DNA of 64,000 nt, from NCBI GenBank assembly GCA_965226495.1, contig OZ245365.1, positions 256,001-320,000 on the forward strand, in the 5' to 3' direction. Under the pieces are notes generated by a model. The model did no database searches and was not told where the DNA came from. It saw nothing but the letters and a program-made list of their open reading frames with translations. This DNA comes from Candidatus Marinacidobacterales bacterium (GTDB lineage Bacteria > Acidobacteriota > Vicinamibacteria > Marinacidobacterales > DATDRI01). The translations under genes and the position numbers were made by a program. Positions 57,081-64,000 of the stretch are shown here, in pieces. Position 1 is the stretch's first letter, and every line of letters begins with the position of its first letter.

Positions 57081-58277
57081 TTATACATTACTTGTCTCTC
57101 CAATGGAAACGCGTGTTAGGTCTAGGGGGCGAGGCTTCGCTGGAGCGTTCGTCCTCGCGAGAACCCGCCTAACACGTTCGGTCGGGCCATGTCTCCAAAG
57201 CAGAGTCAGACCTCGCCGAACCGACGGCCACTGGTTGGGGGGGTGTCCTGCCGTGCGGGTGCAAAGGGTCTCCCAAGCCAGCGCCAGTCCGTCCCGAGGT
57301 CCCGGGGTCCAGCGGATACGCACCCAGGGTGAGCCAAAGACAGATTCAAGAGCCGGATTCAGAAGGGATTCGGTCCTTAGCTTCGTGGCACGCCTCTGCT
57401 GCCAGCGGCCCACGAAAGGCTTTAAGGATTCAAGGGCTTTCCCGATTTCCTCCGTCGGGAAAAGATGGTGGCAAAGTGAGAGTCCCCCGTAAACGAGAGG
57501 AGCCAATCTAGGGGCGGAGGCTTGGTCGATGAAACGATCCCAGCGGAGCTCTGTCTGCTGGGAGAGAAGGTATGCGTCGCAGGCGTTGACGGCCGGCTGT
57601 CGGAGTCCGTGCTGGAAACTCCCGTGCAGGCATAGGTGGAGCAGGTGGTCTTCGAGCGCTAACGTGCGCGCCGCCAGGTGCACCGTGGGGATCGAACGGT
57701 CGAAAAGGGAGCCGGCTTCGACTCCCACATAGTCTGGGCAGCTTGTGAGGCTCGTGTGCAGCTCTAAATAGGTGCGTGTTTTTCGGTGTTGTAACGAGAG
57801 CGCATGATCGGTTGTTTGATGGTGCTGGTAGCCGAGCTCCTTCGCCAAGTGTGCGACGTAAGCCAAGTCCTCGCTCCGCACCAGAATGTCTAGGTCACCC
57901 ATCGGCCGGAGTGCCGGACTCGGGTAGAGCCATCCCGCGAAAGAGGCACCCTTTAGCAACACCAGAGGAACTCCACCCTTTCGGGCCAGCTTGATGAGCG
58001 ACTGCGCATGCTCGAACAAGTGGAAATTGTGGACCAAATTCGTGTAATACGCGCTCTCGAGCGATCGCCAAACGGGCTGGGGTACGGACTTCTGGAACGC
58101 GAGCCGACGAATACCCTCGAACAGAAGGCTCGCCAAACGGTGCCGTCGCGCCGACGCCGCGATCCAGGGCCAGTCGGCGTTGGCCAGGTCGCTGCTTTTC
58201 TCGAGCTCTGGTTCGTAAGGCTCGCCCAGTCCCGCCCGAACCAGTCCCAGATAGAGCCCGAAATCGTCTCGACTCAT
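57081..58277 (-). CDS. Nucleotidyltransferase family protein (NTP_transf_5-like)
   Basis: LLKG.....LY..P.LRPMGDLDILV, ELH and L..EDHLLHLC.H. Confidence 0.82.
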   Translation of the reverse strand: MSRDDFGLYLGLVRAGLGEPYEPELEKSSDLANADWPWIAASARRHRLASLLFEGIRRLAFQKSVPQPVWRSLESAYYTNLVHNFHLFEHAQSLIKLARKGGVPLVLLKGASFAGWLYPSPALRPMGDLDILVRSEDLAYVAHLAKELGYQHHQTTDHALSLQHRKTRTYLELHTSLTSCPDYVGVEAGSLFDRSIPTVHLAARTLALEDHLLHLCLHGSFQHGLRQPAVNACDAYLLSQQTELRWDRFIDQASAPRLAPLVYGGLSLCHHLFPTEEIGKALESLKPFVGRWQQRRATKLRTESLLNPALESVFGSPWVRIRWTPGPRDGLALAWETLCTRTAGHPPNQWPSVRRGLTLLWRHGPTERVRRVLARTNAPAKPRPLDLTRVSIGETSNV

Positions 58278-58741
58278 TGATCCCCTCTTTCAAGCTGCGG
58301 TGCCCGAGGGAGGAAACGGCGCACGTTTTTTTTCCATTGGACAAGCTTTGGATAATAGCGGTTCAAGACGAGACCAATGTGGCGGGCCAGGCCGCCCGTC
58401 AACGGTATGAAAAAGGGTTCCTCGATCCCGAGGACCCGCCCGAGCACTTCAGAGACTTCGACCGGGCCGTCCGCTTGGCCAGACGAGTCGCCCTTGGTCC
58501 ATACGCGGCTCTCGTCGCACGCCAAGACGCGATGCGCCACGAGACGGCCCCCGGCGGTGCGGAAAAACGCGATGTCGCCGACCATGGGACGTTCATTGGA
58601 CGGGGCGATTCTAAGGACCGTACCGCTTCTCAGAAGCGGTTTCATGCTCGACCCGGAGACCCTAAGGCTAAGAGTCCATCCGGAACGGAGCAGTGATTCG
58701 GCCAGAGTCCGGCTGGTTTCAGTCTGTTTCATCAGTGCCAT
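58274..58741 (-). CDS. S24/S26 family peptidase-like protein
   Basis: VSG.SM.P.L..G, GDI..F, .AHRV and TKGD; 4-nt overlap with the nucleotidyltransferase gene. Confidence 0.8.
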   Translation of the reverse strand: MALMKQTETSRTLAESLLRSGWTLSLRVSGSSMKPLLRSGTVLRIAPSNERPMVGDIAFFRTAGGRLVAHRVLACDESRVWTKGDSSGQADGPVEVSEVLGRVLGIEEPFFIPLTGGLARHIGLVLNRYYPKLVQWKKNVRRFLPRAPQLERGDQ

Positions 58742-58777
58742 CTTTCGTCGGATACTCCACTTCCGTCACCCCGATAC

Positions 58778-58793
58778 TGCAAGTGGCGTGCCA
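58778..58793 (-). promoter_or_regulatory. sigma54 promoter
   Basis: TGGCAC-GCCAC-TTGCA, 36 bp upstream of the peptidase gene. Confidence 0.8.
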
Positions 58794-58882
58794 TTGGACC
58801 TCCAGGCAGGCGGCGTAAGCAACTAAGAATGAATGAATTACAGCCGTGAGGGATTCTAGCAATGGGCACCCTCCCTCACAGC

Positions 58883-59046
58883 GTGTGGAAATTCACACCC
58901 ATGGCGAGAGGGGTGCTTCCCCCGCAACGATCCAGCCACCCGCGATCTTGAATACGTTTGCCCCTATCCACTTGTAAAAAAGAACGTTAGCCGTTGTTGG
59001 CGGGTCCTGCCGCAACCCCCGTCCGGTATGTGGGCTTAAGCCTACA
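58883..59046. promoter_or_regulatory. Candidate enhancer (UAS) palindromes
   Basis: GTGTGGAAATTCACAC (58883-58898) and TGTGGGCTTAAGCCTACA (59029-59046), 90-250 bp upstream of the sigma54 promoter. Confidence 0.35.
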
Positions 59047-59137
59047 ATCGTTGGCAGAAATTCCCCCCGAAGGGGGACACTACTCGGATTTCAAAGCGAA
59101 AGGGCAGGCCTTGATTACGGGCGCCGGCTTGCCGCCT

Positions 59138-60187
59138 TTAGGGGTGTTTCTGGACGAATACGAAATACGAGTCCCCGGTGGGGGGGCCCTCGAAGCCGGT
59201 CGGGCTAAGCGCGGTCACTCTCCAGAAGTACGTTCCGGGTTCTAGGCCATTAACCCTGACCGAGGTCTTCGGTCCCGTGAGCCACTCTTCCGCGAGGTCG
59301 AAGAAGCCCTCGTCCCGGGCGATCTGCAATCGGTAGGATTGCGCTCCTGGGACCGGCGTCCACCGGAAAACCTGGTCGAACGAAGGTGCGCGCACGACTT
59401 GCTCGGCCTGCGGTTCGATAAGCTCCCGAGGAGCGTCGGGGAGTGGCTCCAGCTCGCTGACGTCCTCTCCTCCACGAGCGAGGATTCCACGATCGGCCGG
59501 CACCAGAACCGTGTCGTCACCGGCTTCTAGCTCGACGGTGCCCTCAAGCACCTCGAGGCGGGTGGCACCCCCGGCTTCCACTTTGAGACGGAAATCGGTG
59601 CCTCGAATGATCGTACTCGCGGTGGGCGTTTCAATCACGAAGCTCCCGTCGACCTTGCCCATGGTTCGGGACCAGATGTTGCCTTCGATCAGCTCCAGAC
59701 GGATGCTGGGTCTCATCGATGACCCGGTCGGCTTGAGACTCAGGATGCGTGCTTTGCTGTGGCTCCGGAGGACGATGTAGTTTCCGTTCTCGAAGAGGAC
59801 GCGGGCACCCGCGTGGCGCCAGGTTCTAAGAACGTCCCCTTCCCGTAGAAGGAGGTTCTCGAGTAGGGGAATGTAGCGTTTGTCGAAGCTTCTTCTGACT
59901 TCCGCTTCCCCGTACAGCCCGGCGATTCGCGCCAGCGTGTAGTCGGCGCTCAACATCTCGCGAGGCATCTCGATGGGCGTCCCGCGACCTTTCAGGAGGT
60001 TGAACTTCGCCAGCTCTTCCCAGGAGCCGGAGATCTCCGGATATCTCTCAAAAAGCTCCTCAGGGTTTGATTCGCTGTCCGTGACGATGACGTAGGCATC
60101 CTTATTCTTCCCGTTCGTGGTTTCCCGGCCAGGCTCTCCCGACCCCAACAGGAAGATCGCAATGGGAAAGAGCAGCATTCGTTTCAT
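59138..60187 (-). CDS. Exported FecR-domain protein with C-terminal FN3-like domain
   Basis: Signal-like MKRMLLFPIAIFLL; F.IETPTA...IRGTDF, VLEG.V; W..V.GA..Y.LQIARD..F and PG.YFWRV.A. Confidence 0.78.
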   Translation of the reverse strand: MKRMLLFPIAIFLLGSGEPGRETTNGKNKDAYVIVTDSESNPEELFERYPEISGSWEELAKFNLLKGRGTPIEMPREMLSADYTLARIAGLYGEAEVRRSFDKRYIPLLENLLLREGDVLRTWRHAGARVLFENGNYIVLRSHSKARILSLKPTGSSMRPSIRLELIEGNIWSRTMGKVDGSFVIETPTASTIIRGTDFRLKVEAGGATRLEVLEGTVELEAGDDTVLVPADRGILARGGEDVSELEPLPDAPRELIEPQAEQVVRAPSFDQVFRWTPVPGAQSYRLQIARDEGFFDLAEEWLTGPKTSVRVNGLEPGTYFWRVTALSPTGFEGPPTGDSYFVFVQKHP

Positions 60188-60361
60188 GATCGTCCCCTCT
60201 ATTTCACGTTTCTTTACTCTAAAGATGATGGCCGGGCCCAGGGTTCGAACTTGGAGTTGGGAATGGAGGAAGAATTTGAGCTCGAGCTTAAACAACCAGC
60301 GCTTTCGTTGGCACGTTCGCTTTCGATTCTTGTCACCCCAGGCCTTTCCAAGAATGAAGCT

Positions 60362-60377
60362 AGCAATTCCTTTGCCA
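60362..60377 (-). promoter_or_regulatory. sigma54 promoter (FecR-domain gene)
   Basis: TGGCAA-AGGAA-TTGCT. Confidence 0.6.
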
Positions 60378-60690
60378 TCAGAAAGTTCTCCGGACCGGAG
60401 CCCCTAAAACGTTGCGCCTGCTTGGGTTGGCCGTCTGGAACCGAGTCTCCCTGCCAGGGCGGACCGGAGGGATTCCCCCTCAGGGGAGTGCCTAAACCAC
60501 CACACTGCAGTATTTCGAGGTGTCATGCAACCGTATTGTTTTCAATGGTTAGGATGGATCGCCTAATGCTACGCGAGCGCTGAAATCTGACGAACTCCTG
60601 CCCGTGGGAACGCAATCTCTGTTCTCCTGGCTCACCGGAATATCTGTTTTAAAATCAGATAGTTGGGGGATTGTTTTTACGGGTTCCGAC

Positions 60691-60706
60691 TGGCACAAGG
60701 GTTGCT
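60691..60706 (+). promoter_or_regulatory. sigma54 promoter
   Basis: TGGCAC-AAGGG-TTGCT, 28 bp upstream of ATG 60735, with SD AGGAGG in between. Confidence 0.8.
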
Positions 60707-60734
60707 GTAATCAATCCTTTAGGAGGAGTCCGAG

Positions 60735-62132
60735 ATGCCGAGATCAAACAAGAATCGTTCGAGAGGGCGGTTCGCCGGAGTCATCATCGGGGCGATTGTC
60801 ATGATGGGTGCGCTGGTGGGCTATGGAGTGGCGCAGAGTACCCAAGTCACCCAAGCGGAGTGGGCCGTCTATATGGTCCAGGGATTGGGGCTGGATTGGA
60901 ACATGCCCGCCAATTCGACCGCCAATGAATATGTGGCGCGCCTCATCTGGTCGACGAGCATCGAGTTTCCAGCGACCCGGACGCTTCCTGGTTCGAGCCC
61001 GTCGCTGACGGTCCAATCGGACGCCGTCCCTGCGTTCGTCGGGACGGACGCCCCAACCGCCGAGGCGCTCTACCGAGTGTCCACGATCCAGGCGGGCGAC
61101 TATAACTTTCGGGTGAACCTTGCTGGCGGTACCGCGATGTTCAAGGTCGGGGATTCGGTCTTCGAGATCACCCAGCCTGATGAAGAGTATCAATGGGTGG
61201 ACCTCAATCGGGTGAGCTTGGATCCGGGTGAGCACACGGTCAGCCTGCTTCTCTCGCCCGGCGCCCGCGTTCAGGGGCTTTCCGTTGTTCCCCCATGCCT
61301 GCGCCAAATCGAGCCACTGGACGGCTGGGCTCCGCTCGAGCCACTCGACTTCGGCGAGCTGGCGGTGACCGTCGCAAGAGCGCTCAACCTAGAGTATGAG
61401 CTTCCCAAACTAGGCCCGGAGATCAAACTGCGGGGAGAAGAATTCGAAAAGGTTCTCGAGCTCCCGGTAGAAGACTTGGAGGTAGACAAGTCGGAAGATC
61501 CTTTTTGGCTTTCCACGGGCGGCTCGATCGTGACGGGCCGCGCCAAGTTCTCTGTTCCGGAGAGTGGACTCTATTCCTTCGAGGCGCGTTATCTGAGCCC
61601 CACACCCGTTCGCTGGGTCTCGAACGGGTGTCTCAAGGTCGTGACGTGTCAATTGACAGGCGACTCTGGTATGCATTGGAAACGCGTCGTCACCCTCGAG
61701 CTCGATGCCGGTGAGCACGACCTCGAGATCACGCTGCCTCCCAAGGCCGCACTGGACCAGGTCGTCATTCAGCGGCGCGACGCCGGCCTCAATGAGTACA
61801 TCGATGTGGTGTCCGACGAAGGATTCAAGCTCGGACCGCCTACCCGCACCGTGCGTCGCCGAGAGGCGATCGCGGCGGCACGACGCCTCCGCAACCGTTT
61901 CGATGGCAAGAAGCAATTCCGTTGCGAGGACTCGCTGATCGCGTTGGAGCAAGCCGCGTTTCTCCGAATGGCGGCGCTTCGAAGTGACCGAGAACAGGGA
62001 GTCGAGCTCGCCGTCGCCACCGGCTTCCCGGCGACCGACCCAGGAGGGGGTGTAGGAGGAGGCACCAACTCTTTTCCGAAAGCCCCGGGACTCCCTCCGG
62101 CAGCGAGTCCGATTACGCCTGAGTCTGAGTGA
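60735..62132 (+). CDS. Exported hypothetical protein with two probable beta-sandwich (CBM-like) modules
   Basis: Signal peptide; repeated G.Y.F...W......LD.GEH...I/L.L modules; Gly/Pro-rich tail ending PAASPITPESE. Confidence 0.7.
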   Translation: MPRSNKNRSRGRFAGVIIGAIVMMGALVGYGVAQSTQVTQAEWAVYMVQGLGLDWNMPANSTANEYVARLIWSTSIEFPATRTLPGSSPSLTVQSDAVPAFVGTDAPTAEALYRVSTIQAGDYNFRVNLAGGTAMFKVGDSVFEITQPDEEYQWVDLNRVSLDPGEHTVSLLLSPGARVQGLSVVPPCLRQIEPLDGWAPLEPLDFGELAVTVARALNLEYELPKLGPEIKLRGEEFEKVLELPVEDLEVDKSEDPFWLSTGGSIVTGRAKFSVPESGLYSFEARYLSPTPVRWVSNGCLKVVTCQLTGDSGMHWKRVVTLELDAGEHDLEITLPPKAALDQVVIQRRDAGLNEYIDVVSDEGFKLGPPTRTVRRREAIAAARRLRNRFDGKKQFRCEDSLIALEQAAFLRMAALRSDREQGVELAVATGFPATDPGGGVGGGTNSFPKAPGLPPAASPITPESE

Positions 62133-62737
62133 GGGGCCGGCTCCCGTCGACCCACGTTCGACACGCTCGGCCTAAGGTTTCGTAAAGCCGGCGCGGTTGC
62201 TCGTGGCGCAAGTCGACGGCTCTACCTGCTCGGCTCTTCTCCCCAATCGTGGAGGGGGCCCAAGAAGAGTGTGCCGCTCTCCAAAACCTAATCAAATCTG
62301 AATCAGGCCCAGGTTCCTGCTTCACCAAGGATCGTTTCACTTCGGCTCACCCCGAAGCCAGAGCGTTCCTCTCCACAGGCTTGACTTCCGGTGGAGCTCA
62401 CCGTACAAGAACGTACTTTCAACTAGGTTCCAGTTTGGTCTTCAAATGACGAACCCTCACGACAGTTTCGCGGCTCTTGGCCTTGACCATTTCGCTCTTC
62501 TAAGAACTCAACTTACCGCATCACCTCCTTACCCAACTCGACGACTCTCCGTCGCTACGCAACGCTCTAGCTTGCCTGGCTCTCGCAAGGCTTGGTTGCC
62601 CAAGACCCGAAGACCTCTTCGATGCACCAAACGGCCCCTCAGCGATCGGGACGGCTTCTAAAGGTCCTACTCATCTGAGACGAATTTCTTCGACCGGTCC
62701 CTCCCTCGATCTGGGATTTTTTCTTTTACGCTGCCGC

Positions 62738-62905
62738 GATCTGAACCCGCTAAATCGCCTGTTTGAACGGATTTGAGTAGATCTCTGACTACTGCTACTA
62801 GCCCCCCTAACAACGAGCCTCTCCGTCTCGCATTCCCTGACTAGTCCCTCCCTCGTGGAGATCTGAACCCGCTAAATCGCCTGTTTGAACGGATTTGAGT
62901 AGATC
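62738..62905. repeat. Perfect 46-bp direct repeat, two copies
   Basis: GATCTGAACCCGCTAAATCGCCTGTTTGAACGGATTTGAGTAGATC at 62738-62783 and 62860-62905, 76-bp gap. Confidence 0.92.
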
Positions 62906-62955
62906 CCGTCTCGTTGGTGCGGGGGGAGAGGGGCGCTTTTGGTGCTGGGCCTTAG

Positions 62956-64000
62956 TTAGCCGCGCGCGCTTCTTGGTCGCGGGGCTCCCCGGCGGGCGGT
63001 CGGCCGGGAGTTGATGGGCGTTACCTTGGTCTGCTGTTGCTTGTGATAATAACTGTAGTAGCTGTGGTAGCTATCGAGCTTGGGATCCACACCGTTCAGA
63101 ACCGCTCCCACTAGCCGCGCGTTGGTCTTACTAAGCAGGTTAAGGCAGCGGCGAACCAGTTTCCTGTCGACTCCGTTGGCACGGACGACCATTACCACCA
63201 TGTCGGCCAGGTTCGCCAAAAGGATGGGATCGGTGACGCCCGCGATCGGGGGGGCATCGAGAATGATCCAAGTGAATCGCTCGCGCGCCTCTTCCAGGAG
63301 CCGTCGGACGGCCGGAGTCCCGATGAAGGCCGGTGGATTGGGCGGCCGCTTGCCCGCCGTGATGAGCGAAAAGTTGGGATACCGGGTCTGCTGAACGACG
63401 GAATTGAAAATCGGAAGGTCTCGAAGGCAGTAGTCGGCCATTCCCGGTTCCCGAGACATACGCAACCGAGAATAGAGGTCGCCCCGCCTCAGATCGAAAT
63501 CGATCAGCAACGTCGGCTCTCCCGAAGCGGCCAACGCTCGAGCCGTGTGAAGCGCCGTCGTGGACTTTCCTTCCTGTGCCACCGAGCTCGTTATCAAGAC
63601 CACGTTGCTCTTCTCGTGCTCACGACTAAAGAGGAGGGCAGTCCGCAGCATCCGATAGGACTCGGTTACGACGCCCTCTTCGGAGGCCTCGTGGATCGGC
63701 ACCATGGATAGGCAATCGGTATGGAGATGCGTTTCGATGTCCTCTTGCTCCTTGAGCGTGTTGTCGAGATAGTCGCGGAGCAAAAGAATCCCACACCCCA
63801 GGGCGAGTCCGACCATCAGCGCCAAAGACAGATTCTTCTTCGGGTCGGGACTGATGGGGCCCCCGGGGACAACCGCCTCTTCGACGATCGACACGTTGTT
63901 GTCCCACAAGCTGGCCGCTACATCGGTCTCTTTGATCTTCTGGAGGATGACCTCGTATAGGTTCTTGTTGGACATGGCATCGCGTTGGAGCATCTCCATC
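62956..64000 (-). CDS. wzc: Wzc/GumC-like polysaccharide co-polymerase tyrosine autokinase (C-terminal part)
   Basis: TM then ESYR.LRT.L, ITSS...EGKST, LLIDFDLRR, ILDAPP..VTD, GAVLN and Tyr-rich tail SYHSYYSYY. Confidence 0.9.
   Translation of the reverse strand, partial: MEMLQRDAMSNKNLYEVILQKIKETDVAASLWDNNVSIVEEAVVPGGPISPDPKKNLSLALMVGLALGCGILLLRDYLDNTLKEQEDIETHLHTDCLSMVPIHEASEEGVVTESYRMLRTALLFSREHEKSNVVLITSSVAQEGKSTTALHTARALAASGEPTLLIDFDLRRGDLYSRLRMSREPGMADYCLRDLPIFNSVVQQTRYPNFSLITAGKRPPNPPAFIGTPAVRRLLEEARERFTWIILDAPPIAGVTDPILLANLADMVVMVVRANGVDRKLVRRCLNLLSKTNARLVGAVLNGVDPKLDSYHSYYSYYHKQQQTKVTPINSRPTARRGAPRPRSARG

Noticed and set aside
62133-62530. tmRNA or 16S rRNA 3' end (GGGGCCG...TCGAC; ATCACCTCCTT)
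   Set aside because: No tRNA-like 3' end with T-loop/CCA and no surrounding 16S sequence.
62738-62905. Mini CRISPR array
   Set aside because: Only two repeats, a 76-bp gap and no cas genes in the window.

Overview
GC-rich bacterial chromosomal segment. An ADOP-type permease and the overall gene repertoire suggest Acidobacteriota (inference). It is mostly housekeeping and signalling genes: pyrK-pyrD-pyrF, panB-panE-panC-coaX with a pan-like RNA motif, pdxR-pdxS-pdxT, korAB, pruA, HU, Pal, a GspE/PilB ATPase, an HD-GYP protein, sigma54 regulators and the start of a Wzc EPS locus. I found no rRNA, tRNA, CRISPR array, integrase or transposase. The best candidate for an undescribed system is 18.1-24.6 kb: an NTT/TLC-type nucleotide translocase with HEAT and cNMP-binding domains, co-oriented with a signal-peptide-bearing PPP phosphatase and a signal-peptide-bearing FAM20/PI4KII-like kinase. 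This could be an ATP-fed extracytoplasmic phosphorylation circuit. Other highlights are an ECF sigma factor followed by a zinc anti-sigma domain fused to an O6-alkylguanine methyltransferase and a DksA-finger/PP2C fusion; an unannotated ~41-bp motif family in two tandem arrays (41-42 bp and 60-61 bp periods) plus solo copies; a four-copy structured dispersed repeat; and several degenerate nucleotide-binding proteins. Three single-base frameshifts are probably assembly errors. All calls come from reading motifs by eye; no searches were run.
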